The position numbers were made by a program, and so were the translations under genes. The notes beneath the pieces were generated by a model that worked only from the letters and a program-made list of their open reading frames with translations, had not been told where the DNA came from and did not search any database. This document shows, piece by piece, positions 29,787-38,591 of a stretch of 64,000 nt of DNA. The DNA is from Dehalococcoidia bacterium (lineage in GTDB: Bacteria; Chloroflexota; Dehalococcoidia; Plut-88900): positions 512,001 to 576,000 of the forward strand of contig CBDFLQ010000005.1 in assembly GCA_965249275.1 (NCBI GenBank), written 5' to 3'. The stretch's first letter is position 1; each line of letters opens with the position of its first letter.

Positions 29787-30116
29787 TTACTTGAGGGGGG
29801 AATAGGAGGTCGGGCCGAGGAAGGTGTGGAACTCCCGGGAGACGATCGCGCCGTGCTTCTTGCCGACATCTTCGCGTCCGGCGAGCCAATCGGGGTGGTT
29901 GAAGAAGTCCTGCCACTTCTCCTCGCGCTCGTTGAGGGACTCCCAGGCGAGCATGTAGGAAAGGGCATTGGTGTAGTCCCCGGCCACGGGGGTCCAGGCC
30001 CCGACCAACCTCATGCCGACCTTTTCGAAGACCGGTACGGCAAGGCTTTCCATAACCTCGTTGAGTGCGGCCATTTTGCCGGGCGTGGCCTCGTATCTTC
30101 GCATCTCGTAGATCAT
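29787..30116 (-). CDS. NIPSNAP family protein
   Basis: MIYEMRRYEATPGK, GMRLVGAW, YMLAWESL..RE..W..F..HPDW and PTSYSPL; AAGGAGG RBS. Confidence 0.88.
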   Translation of the reverse strand: MIYEMRRYEATPGKMAALNEVMESLAVPVFEKVGMRLVGAWTPVAGDYTNALSYMLAWESLNEREEKWQDFFNHPDWLAGREDVGKKHGAIVSREFHTFLGPTSYSPLK

Positions 30117-30281
30117 CGGTGCACCTCCTTAGTGGTGGGTCGAGACGGGTGCATGTTACCACAGGGATGGTGGTTCATTGAATTTTGATCTAAGGGACCA
30201 GGACCTATCGAGACACTGGCAGGTTGACAAGTCGTGAAGCTAAGATAATGTAGAGGCAAGATATACATAGGTTGGAGATAT

Positions 30282-30674
30282 ATGCTTGCAAAGACACGTT
30301 CCCACATCGAGACGGAAGAATACTGGGAAAACTTAATCAAGAAGAGTGTTTCCCGTTACTTTCTACTGGGGATGCTGGCCGAGCGGCCGATGCACGGCTA
30401 TGAGCTGGCTGCCAGCATAGAAAGCTGCTGTGAGGGGTGGAGCAAACCGACTTCAGGCATGATTTACCCGACCATTAAGGAAATGACCGAGAGCGGCCAC
30501 ATTGCGAGCAGGGAAGAAGTAATCGGGGGACGGCTCAGGAAGGTGTGCGAGCTAACGGAATCCGGCAGAGAAGCCTACAAGACAGCAGCCGGAGTCTGGG
30601 CTCGGCTACTGCCCTATCTGGAGCAATCGGTCAAGAACGCGGGAATCGAGATTAAGAAGGCGGAGGTTGATTAA
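30282..30674 (+). CDS. PadR-family transcriptional regulator
   Basis: LAERPMHGYEL, GMIYPTI, RKVCELTESGR. Confidence 0.88.
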   Translation: MLAKTRSHIETEEYWENLIKKSVSRYFLLGMLAERPMHGYELAASIESCCEGWSKPTSGMIYPTIKEMTESGHIASREEVIGGRLRKVCELTESGREAYKTAAGVWARLLPYLEQSVKNAGIEIKKAEVD

Positions 30675-30721
30675 CTGCAACCGGCATGTAATGAGGGCTG
30701 ACTCAAGAGGAGGATACAGAC

Positions 30722-31459
30722 ATGGTGAACATCGACGAAAAGAAGATCAAAGAGGTGGTTAGGGAGCACTACGGGGGGTTGGCTCGGGGGGCGAGGTCCC
30801 AGATAGGCCAGGCGGGCACGGCGCCCGAGATGGCACTATATAGCGAGGAGGAGGTTGCGGCGCTGCCGAGCGAGGCAGTGCAGGCGTCGGCGGGGTGCGG
30901 GAATCCTACGGCTTTGGCGTCGCTGAAGGTTGGGGAGACAGTGGTGGATTTCGGGAGCGGGGGAGGGATCGACTGCTTTTTGGCGGCACAGCAAGTCGGG
31001 GAGGGGGGCCGGGTTATCGGGATCGACATGACGCCCGACATGATCGCCCTCGCGAACAAGAACCGGGACAAGCTCGGCTTGGCTAATGTGGAGTTTCACC
31101 TTGCCGAGATGGAGTGCACACCCTTGGGAGAGAGCACGGTGGACGTGATCATATCCAACTGCGTGATCACCCTGGCCCCAGACAAGGATGCGGTGTTCCG
31201 GGAGGCGTACCGGATTCTGAAACCCGGCGGAAGGATGTACATCTCAGATATGGTGCTTTGGGAGGCGCTGCCACCGGAAGTGCAATCCGACATGGCCCAG
31301 TGGGTGTCCTGCGTGAGCGGGGCAGACTTGAAGGAAACGTACATGGCACGGTTAAAGTCGGCGGGATTTGAGGAAGTGCGGATAATGTCGGACAAGCAGT
31401 CTGCTTGTTATCCAGAGGCTGTCCGGGACATGGACATTGTGGCGGTTAAGCCGGGATAG
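30722..31459 (+). CDS. arsM: Arsenite S-adenosylmethionine methyltransferase (ArsM-like)
   Basis: VREHYG, GCGNPTALA, DFGSGGGIDC, GIDMTPDM, SNCVI and WVSCVSGA: the three conserved Cys are present. Confidence 0.85.
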   Translation: MVNIDEKKIKEVVREHYGGLARGARSQIGQAGTAPEMALYSEEEVAALPSEAVQASAGCGNPTALASLKVGETVVDFGSGGGIDCFLAAQQVGEGGRVIGIDMTPDMIALANKNRDKLGLANVEFHLAEMECTPLGESTVDVIISNCVITLAPDKDAVFREAYRILKPGGRMYISDMVLWEALPPEVQSDMAQWVSCVSGADLKETYMARLKSAGFEEVRIMSDKQSACYPEAVRDMDIVAVKPG

Positions 31460-31540
31460 GGGGCAGGAACACCCGCACTCCCCTTGGCGAGCCTACGGGC
31501 CTAGCCCTCTCACCTCTGCGGCGCACCTACGGCCCGTCGA

Positions 31541-31651
31541 GACCACCTTACGTCCCTCCCCCCGCTCATACTTCAAGAGCCTCCCGCCCCTGCGGCTCTT
31601 CGACAGCACGAGCGGCCCCGGCCCATCCGACACTGGTTATGCAAAGGTATC
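31541..31651 (+). mobile_element. Degenerate MITE-B copy (left part deleted, carries a micro-insertion)
   Basis: Follows GTCGA in a family A loop; family C core; right end GTTATGCAAAGGTATC. Confidence 0.7.
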
Positions 31652-31740
31652 ATCGTAGGGGGGAGGGGATGGCGGATGTGAGTGGGCAAGTCCTAGATTC
31701 AGCGCGGAGCCTCGGGATGACATTTGACACGAGGAGCGTG

Positions 31741-32301
31741 TCAGGGGGATTGGTCGGGGGGTGGGGTGGCGGAGTAGTAGCCAGTGAGGAGGAGGTCTAG
31801 CTCCAGCATCAGCAGCTTGTTCCAGGCGATGCCGGCTCGAGTGGCGAGGTCCTTGTCTTCCAGGTCCTCGAGCAGAATTGTGCTGACGGTGGTCTGGACG
31901 AAACTCATTGTGCCCACCATGAAGGGCCCCGGGACCCGGCCCATGGGCTTCTGCATCCGGTGGCTGTGAGAAATGCCCATCGCGACCATGTGCCAGGCGA
32001 AGGAGTAGTCAAGCTTGGCGTCGGCGGTGCGGGCAAGCCACCGAGCGAGGCCCCTGCGCCGGTTTTCGACTCGCTCCTCGTCGATTGAGCCATCGGGCTT
32101 TCGGAAGAAATCGTGAGTGCCGGGCTGCTCCAGGAGATGGTCGTAGACGACCTTGGTTACCTCGTCGGCGCGGGCGATGACGGTTGGGCCGGTGGAACGG
32201 ATTAGCTGGGCGTCCTCCTCGGTGAAGCCGATAAACTCGGCCATCTGGAGGAGATGGAGGTCCATCTTGCGGCCCGATTTTCGGGTGACGGGGGCTTGCA
32301 T
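31741..32301 (-). CDS. Protoglobin / single-domain sensor globin
   Basis: FIGFTEED..LI, VYDHLL..P....FF, L.RWL, MGISH (proximal His) and AWNKLL. TACACT lies 6 nt before the ATG (leaderless). Confidence 0.8.
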   Translation of the reverse strand: MQAPVTRKSGRKMDLHLLQMAEFIGFTEEDAQLIRSTGPTVIARADEVTKVVYDHLLEQPGTHDFFRKPDGSIDEERVENRRRGLARWLARTADAKLDYSFAWHMVAMGISHSHRMQKPMGRVPGPFMVGTMSFVQTTVSTILLEDLEDKDLATRAGIAWNKLLMLELDLLLTGYYSATPPPDQSP

Positions 32302-32411
32302 TTGTCCAGTGTACTATACGGGACAATGACGGACACCCGCCTTGACACGGGTAGCGCGTTATCTAATATGAGGCAACCGCTTTTCGGCTCAAAGAGAGTC
32401 GAGTCTGGAGA

Positions 32412-33344
32412 ATGAAGATGGCAGAAGCTCGTTTACCTACCGAAGAAGAGGTCTTGGGGTATGCGGAGACATGCTCGAATTGGGGGCGTTGGGGGGCGGA
32501 GGACCAACTGGGGACGCTGAACCTGGTGACGGATGAGAAGAGGCGGCAGGCGGCAGGGCTGGTGAGGGATGGGGTGTCGGTGTCCTGCGCCTGGACAATC
32601 AAGACGGATATGCCGGGGGAGCACACGTCCCGGGTGCTGCACTACATGGTGGCGACGGGGGAAGCAGGCGCGGATGCCACGTGGTCGGGGGACTTCCTGG
32701 GGATGGCGTATCACGGCAACTGCATAACGCACGTGGATGCGCTGTGTCACGTGTTCACGGGTGGGAAGATGTACAACGGCCTCCCATCAACACTGGTGAA
32801 CAGTGAGAATGGGGCAGAGGCGGAGTCGATCACGCTGCTTTCTCAGGGGGTGGTGACGAGGGGGGTGCTGCTGGACATAGCGAGGCTGCGGGGCGAGGAC
32901 CGGATCGAATCGCCGGTGGCGATTACGCCGGATATATTGGAAGAGGCGGAGGTGTCGGAGAGAGTGAGAGTGGAATCGGGGGACGTACTGCTAATTCGGA
33001 CGGGGCACCTGGCTCGGTACTACGACGGTATCGTGACCGACACGTCTGACCCTAAGCCGGGGCCGCACGTTTCGTGTCTGCCGTGGTTCCGTGAGAGGGG
33101 AATAGCGATGCTGGGCGGCGACCAGAACAACGAGGTCTCGCCGAGCGGGTATGCGAACATCGGGGAGCCTATACACCAGGTCGGGATACCGGCGCTGGGG
33201 CTGTGGCTTATCGACAACATGAACCTTGAAGAGGTGGCGCAGGCGTGTGCGGAGCGGGGTCGGTGGGAGTTCATGATTGTGGTTGCGCCGCTCAGGTTTC
33301 GGGGGGCTACGGGGAGTCCGGCGAATCCGCTGGCGGTGTTTTAG
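32412..33344 (+). CDS. Cyclase-family metal-dependent hydrolase (kynurenine formamidase-like)
   Basis: NWGRWG..DQLGTLN, HG..ITHVDALCH, RGVLLD, GDVLLIRTG and GATGSPANP. TTGACA/TAATAT promoter upstream (32342-32369). Confidence 0.88.
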   Translation: MKMAEARLPTEEEVLGYAETCSNWGRWGAEDQLGTLNLVTDEKRRQAAGLVRDGVSVSCAWTIKTDMPGEHTSRVLHYMVATGEAGADATWSGDFLGMAYHGNCITHVDALCHVFTGGKMYNGLPSTLVNSENGAEAESITLLSQGVVTRGVLLDIARLRGEDRIESPVAITPDILEEAEVSERVRVESGDVLLIRTGHLARYYDGIVTDTSDPKPGPHVSCLPWFRERGIAMLGGDQNNEVSPSGYANIGEPIHQVGIPALGLWLIDNMNLEEVAQACAERGRWEFMIVVAPLRFRGATGSPANPLAVF

Positions 33345-33398
33345 TCACCAATTGGCCCCTTATCGGCTTTTCGTGTCATTCACCTTAGGAGTTGAGAA

Positions 33399-34529
33399 GT
33401 GACAGCGAAGTTTGTGGATATAGACGGGCACATCATGGAGCCGGCCAACCTGTGGCTCGACTATATCGAGCCGGAGTACCGGGAACATGCGTTGCGGATA
33501 TCGGAGGATGAGGACGGGCTGGAGTATCTCAATGTAGACGGGAATAAGTCGTACTTCGGGCGAGGGGGGTCGTTGGGTGCACTGGGGGCTATCGGGCAGG
33601 ACGTGAGGCCGTATCTGGAGCCGGGCCGGATCTCTTGGGAGGAGGCGATGGTCCCGGGAGGGTACATCTCCGGCGAACGGGTGAAGGTGATGGACGCCGA
33701 GCGAATCGACGTCACGATGGTGTACCCATCACTGGGGCTGATGTGGGAGTACGACTGCGACGACTACAGGATCGCGGCGGCTAACTGTCGGGCGTACAAC
33801 AATTGGGTGTTCGATTTTTGTGGCGGGGCGCCGGAACGGCTGGTCCCGGTCGCACATATCCCTATGGGGGACGTCGATGAGGCAATAAAGGAGATGAAGA
33901 GGACGGCGGGGCTCGGGGCTAAGGCGATGATGGTAGGGTCGGACTTTCACGAGGGCAGGACCTACGGACACTCATACTATGACCCGTTCTGGGCGGAGGC
34001 CCAGGCGATAGACATGCCGATAACCATCCACCCATCGACGGGGAAGGGGTCTCTGACATCGGTGGCGTATCCCAACAGGGAAGAGCTGACGGTCTGGTGG
34101 GTGAACATCCACGGGGGCGAGAACGTGAAGATGAACTTCACCAGCCTCTTCAATCATGGTACGTTCGACAAGTTTCCAGACCTGAAGGTCGTGATATTGG
34201 AGGCGGGTATCGGGTGGCTGGTGTGGTGGCTCGACAGGCTCGACGAGAAGTTCGAGGTCAACGGGTTTACGACGCCCATGCAGGAAGTCCCGAGCACCTA
34301 CTTCAAGCGGCAGGGGTTCATATCGATGGACCCGGATGAGAGGCTGGCCAAGTTCAGTATCGAGGTTCTGGGGGCAGACAAGTTCATGTGGGCCTACGAT
34401 TTTCCGCACTCGGACTCGATTCTCGACCCGGTGAGGGAATTGGAGGAGAATCTGGCGGGGTTGTCGGAGGAGGACCAGTTGAAGGTGTTTGGGGAGAATG
34501 CGGTGGAGCTGTATAAGCTGGCGGTGTAG
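33399..34529 (+). CDS. Amidohydrolase_2-family metalloenzyme, paralogue 1
   Basis: DIDGHIMEP, RAYNNW, YDPFW, TIHP, ILEAG and DFPHSDS; GTG start after AGGAG. Confidence 0.9.
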   Translation: MTAKFVDIDGHIMEPANLWLDYIEPEYREHALRISEDEDGLEYLNVDGNKSYFGRGGSLGALGAIGQDVRPYLEPGRISWEEAMVPGGYISGERVKVMDAERIDVTMVYPSLGLMWEYDCDDYRIAAANCRAYNNWVFDFCGGAPERLVPVAHIPMGDVDEAIKEMKRTAGLGAKAMMVGSDFHEGRTYGHSYYDPFWAEAQAIDMPITIHPSTGKGSLTSVAYPNREELTVWWVNIHGGENVKMNFTSLFNHGTFDKFPDLKVVILEAGIGWLVWWLDRLDEKFEVNGFTTPMQEVPSTYFKRQGFISMDPDERLAKFSIEVLGADKFMWAYDFPHSDSILDPVRELEENLAGLSEEDQLKVFGENAVELYKLAV

Positions 34530-34739
34530 AGGACTCTTTCACCCTCACCTATCGAGGGACCTTTGGACAACTACTATTTCGGAACTCGGATCACCCTCAC
34601 CCCACCCCCCTCCCATCCCGAGGCCCCGCGAGGGATCTACAGCATCCCTCCCATATACCACCTCATTCGTTGCCATTACGCCCTTCTTCTCCCCCCTCCC
34701 GTCATTCCCGACCCCTATCGGGAATCCATCCCCCTCCCA

Positions 34740-35240
34740 CCAGTACTGAATTAGAGGCCCACGTGCGTGCTCTGCACGCACGTGGGCCTCTATTCTTCTC
34801 TCCCCCTCTCCCTTGAAGGCCCTAAGGGTCGAAGATGCGCCTTTGGCGTGAGAGGGGGACAAAGGGGGTGAGGGTTCCCCGGTGGGGCTGGGGCGGGTCC
34901 CCTTTCTCCCGTGTCATTCCGATGCCCCGCGAGGAATCTGGGGTGGGGCGTCCTGTCCCCCTCCCACCCCCCCCGTCATTCCCGACTCCGATCGGGAATC
35001 CATCCCCCTTCCCCCCCAGTACTGAACTAGAGGGAGACGTTGGCGCAGACGCGCCAACGTCTCCCTCTGTTCTTCTCTCCCCCTCTCCCTTGAAGGCCCT
35101 AAGGGTCGAAGATGCGCCTTTGGCGTGAGAGGGGGACAAAGGGGGTGAAGGTTCCCCGGTGGGGCTGGGGCGGATCCCCTTTCTCCCGTGTCATTCCGAT
35201 GCCCCGCGAGGAATCTGGGGGGGGCGTCCTGTCCCCCTCC
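34740..35240 (-). repeat. Tandem ~277-bp composite repeat unit (family E scaffold plus D-type hairpins), inverted relative to the other copies
   Basis: ~34793-34960 is nearly identical to ~35070-35237. Family E copies at 34740-34878 and 35016-35155. Confidence 0.88.
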
Positions 35241-35293
35241 CCTTTTACTAGGGATGGGGCCGTAGGCTCGCCTCGGCGAGTGACACGAACCCC

Positions 35294-35362
35294 TTGACCC
35301 TACCTGAACACCCGTGCTATTCTCCCCACCGTTCGAACACCAACCTAACTATCTCAAGGAGG
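35294..35362 (+). promoter_or_regulatory. Putative sigma70 promoter with LexA-box-like site and an RBS lacking a start codon
   Basis: TTGACC(35294)-18-TATTCT(35318) with TG extension; GAAC-ACCC-GTGC (35306-17) in the spacer; AAGGAGG at 35356-62. Confidence 0.45.
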
Positions 35363-36039
35363 AACCAAAAACCCAGGGAAGCCCACCCGACCCACCCGAG
35401 GACTCAACGCCTCAGCCCATCCCAACGGTCGCCTAGCGACATGCGGCTCAAGCGACCGGCGCCATCTCCTCATCCCACCGGGTCTCGTGTCCCCTTCCCT
35501 GACCACCCAGGCGATGGAGGGTCCATCGACTCTACGCGGCACGCCCCCTTCCAGGGGCCCCTGCCGAATCGGTGCCCCCTATCAGGGGAGCGCCTATGCG
35601 TCGGCATCTACTTTGCCGGCGAAGCTAAACGGCCCGGCGTTACCGGGATTAGGGCCATCGAGCCCCTACGCGGCTCCACCGTCGTCACCATCGGCGAACT
35701 CCATTCCGCCCATGACGACTTCGAGCCGAATGCTGTCCCGCACAGCGGTCGAGCGCTGATGCGGGACGGATTGCCCCACCCAGGGACGCCCTCGACACCG
35801 GCAAGTCCCCAAAGGCATGCGTGGGGATACGGCAGGACAGCCGCCGATGTGATAGATACGCTGTGGTGGACCACAAGCGTCGGCGTAGGTGCCATCGTCA
35901 TCCTGCATCAGAGTCCCGGACCTTCCATCGCCTTCCCCTCCAAAACAAAAACCGAAACCCCAAATCCCAATCGAATATGGAACATCCGCCTCGGGCGGGT
36001 CCGCCTCAGGAGGACTGAATAACCACCCCATCCTCCTCA

Positions 36040-36068
36040 TTGTACCCGCCGTGGATGTGGAGTAGCAT
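36040..36068 (+). promoter_or_regulatory. Putative promoter of amidohydrolase 2, homologous to that of amidohydrolase 3 (37329-37357)
   Basis: TTGTAC-17-TAGCAT versus TTGTGC-17-TAACAT, with shared GTGGATGTG and CATTCCC..CAATCGT. Confidence 0.6.
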
Positions 36069-36110
36069 TCCCCCCAATCGTCAGGCGCATTTTAGTTAAG
36101 GAGACAGGAA

Positions 36111-37241
36111 ATGGGCGCTACTTTCGTGGACATAGACGGCCACATCATGGAGCCTTCGAACCTGTGGCAGGATTACATAGATCCCGAGTACCGGGACCAC
36201 GCCCTGAAGATATCCAAAGACGAAAACGGGCTTGAGTACCTGAACGTTGACGGCAACAAGGCGTTCTTGGGGAGGGATGGGGCTTTCGGGGCCCTGGGCG
36301 CGATCGGCAAAGACGTGAGGCCCTACCTGGAGCCCGGACGCATCTCCTGGGACGAGGCGATGGTGCCTGGAGGCTACATAGCCTCCGAGAGGGCCAAGGT
36401 GATGGACGAGGAGCGGATAGACATTACCCTGGTCTATCCCTCCCTCGGCCTGGTCTGGGAGTACGACTGCGACGACGTGAAAGTTGCGGCGGCCAACTGT
36501 CGGGCATACAACGACTGGGTGTTCGACTTCTGCAGCGAAGCCCCGACACGCCTCATCCCCGTGGCGCACATCCCGATGGCCGATGTGGACGAGGCGATCA
36601 AGGAGATGAAGAGGACGGCGGCGCTCGGGGCCAAGGCAATGATGATTGGGTCGGACTGCACCCCCGGAAGGCCCTACGGCCACCCTTACTTCGACCCTCT
36701 GTGGGAAGAGGCGGTGGCCCTGGACATGCCCATGACCATTCACCCTGCCACGGGGCGCAATTCGGTTTCGGCGGTGGCCTACCCTGACGCCGAGGACCTG
36801 ACCCCCTGGTGGATCTTCCTCTACGGCGGCGAGAACGTAAAGCTGAATTTCAGCAGCTTCTTCAACCATGGCACTTTCGACAGGTTCCCGGACCTGAATC
36901 TGGTGATCCTGGAGTCGGGGATAGGGTGGCTCGTGTGGTGGCTTGACCGAATGGACGAGAAGTTCGAGATCAACGGCTTCACCACCCCCATGAAGGAAAT
37001 CCCCAGCTACTACTTCAAGCGCCAGTGCTTCATATCCATGGACCCGGATGAGCGCCTAGCCAAGTTCAGCATCGAGGTCCTGGGGGCCGACAGGTTCATG
37101 TGGGCCTACGACTTCCCGCATTCCGACTCGATTCTCGACCCCGTGAACGAGCTGGAGAAGAACTTGGCAGATCTGCCGGAAGAAGACCAGCAGAAGGTGT
37201 TCGGGGGGAACGCGGTACATCTGTACAACCTGGCAATGTAG
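36111..37241 (+). CDS. Amidohydrolase_2-family metalloenzyme, paralogue 2
   Basis: Same motifs and same length (376 aa) as paralogues 1 and 3. Confidence 0.9.
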   Translation: MGATFVDIDGHIMEPSNLWQDYIDPEYRDHALKISKDENGLEYLNVDGNKAFLGRDGAFGALGAIGKDVRPYLEPGRISWDEAMVPGGYIASERAKVMDEERIDITLVYPSLGLVWEYDCDDVKVAAANCRAYNDWVFDFCSEAPTRLIPVAHIPMADVDEAIKEMKRTAALGAKAMMIGSDCTPGRPYGHPYFDPLWEEAVALDMPMTIHPATGRNSVSAVAYPDAEDLTPWWIFLYGGENVKLNFSSFFNHGTFDRFPDLNLVILESGIGWLVWWLDRMDEKFEINGFTTPMKEIPSYYFKRQCFISMDPDERLAKFSIEVLGADRFMWAYDFPHSDSILDPVNELEKNLADLPEEDQQKVFGGNAVHLYNLAM

Positions 37242-37399
37242 AGAGAATCACCCTCACCCCAACCCTCTCCCGTCAAGAGAGAAGGGACAGGATATCTTTT
37301 CAAAGCGACATGAAGTCTGAAATTCGCGTTGTGCATGGTGTGGATGTGCAGTAACATTCCCGTCAATCGTTGGGCCCCCTGTAATTAAGGAGACGAGAG

Positions 37400-38530
37400 A
37401 TGAACGCTACCTTCGTGGACATAGATGGTCACATCATGGAGCCTTCGAACCTGTGGCTGGACTACATCGATCCCGAGTACCGGGACCACGCCCTGAAGAT
37501 ATCGAAGGACGAGAACGGGCTTGAATACCTGGATGTTGACGGGACCAAGTCGTTTTTCGGGCGGGGTGGGGCGCTGGGGGCCCTGGGAGCGATCGGAAAA
37601 GACGCGAGACCCTACCTCGAGCCGGGTCGTATATCTTGGGACGAAGCTATGGTCCCGGGAGGGTATATCGGTACTGAGCGGGCGAAGGTGATGGATGAGG
37701 AGCGGATAGACATAACGCTGGTCTACCCGTCGCTGGGACTGCTTTGGGAATACGATTGCCCTGACGTAAAGGTTGCGGCGGCAAACTGTCGGGCATACAA
37801 CGACTGGGTGTTCGACTTCTGCAGCGAGGCGCCGACCCGCCTGGTACCCGTGGCGCACATCCCCATGGCCGACGTGAATGAGGCGATCAAGGAGATGAAG
37901 AGGACTGCGGCATTAGGGGCGAAAGCGATGATGATCGGGTCGGACTGTACCCCCGGAACGCCGTACGGGCATCCGTATTTCGACCCGCTGTGGGCGGAGG
38001 CCGAGGCTCTGGAAATGCCTATGACCATACATCCGTCGACGGGAAGCAACTCGGTGTCGGCGGTGGCGTACCCGAATCCGGAGGACCAGACCGCATGGTG
38101 GCTCTTCCTCTACGGCGGCGAGACGGTGAAACTGAACTTCAGCAGCTTTTTCAACCACGGCACTTTCGACAGGTTCCCGGACCTTAAGGTGGTGATCCTG
38201 GAGTCGGGGATCGGGTGGCTGGTGTGGTGGCTGGACCGCATGGACGAGAAGTTTGAGGTGAACGGTTTCACCACGCCCATGAAAGAGATTCCGAGCACTT
38301 ACTTCAAGCGGCAGGGGTTTATATCGATGGACCCGGACGAGCGCTTGGCGAAGCTCAGCATCGAAATCCTCGGCGCCGACAGATTTATGTGGGCCTACGA
38401 CTTCCCGCACTCGGACTCGATACTGGACCCGGTGAGGGAGCTGGAGGAGAATCTGGGAGACCTGCCTGAGGATGACCAGTTGAAAGTGTTCGGGGGGAAC
38501 GCGATGGAGTTGTATAAGCTGGCTTCTTAG
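37400..38530 (+). CDS. Amidohydrolase_2-family metalloenzyme, paralogue 3
   Basis: Same motifs; closest to paralogue 2. Confidence 0.9.
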   Translation: MNATFVDIDGHIMEPSNLWLDYIDPEYRDHALKISKDENGLEYLDVDGTKSFFGRGGALGALGAIGKDARPYLEPGRISWDEAMVPGGYIGTERAKVMDEERIDITLVYPSLGLLWEYDCPDVKVAAANCRAYNDWVFDFCSEAPTRLVPVAHIPMADVNEAIKEMKRTAALGAKAMMIGSDCTPGTPYGHPYFDPLWAEAEALEMPMTIHPSTGSNSVSAVAYPNPEDQTAWWLFLYGGETVKLNFSSFFNHGTFDRFPDLKVVILESGIGWLVWWLDRMDEKFEVNGFTTPMKEIPSTYFKRQGFISMDPDERLAKLSIEILGADRFMWAYDFPHSDSILDPVRELEENLGDLPEDDQLKVFGGNAMELYKLAS

Positions 38531-38591
38531 CAACCAGCTGTAGCTCGGGCCCCTTACAACAGGTCTCGCTCGAACTGGGAGGTAAGTAAAG

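Noticed and set aside
34545-35297. Repeated ORFs (MSPSHAKGASS..., MRLWRERGTKG...) and a possible CRISPR-like array
   Set aside because: They are translations of the 277-bp repeat duplication. There are only two units, no constant 25-45 bp repeat with unique spacers, and no cas genes.
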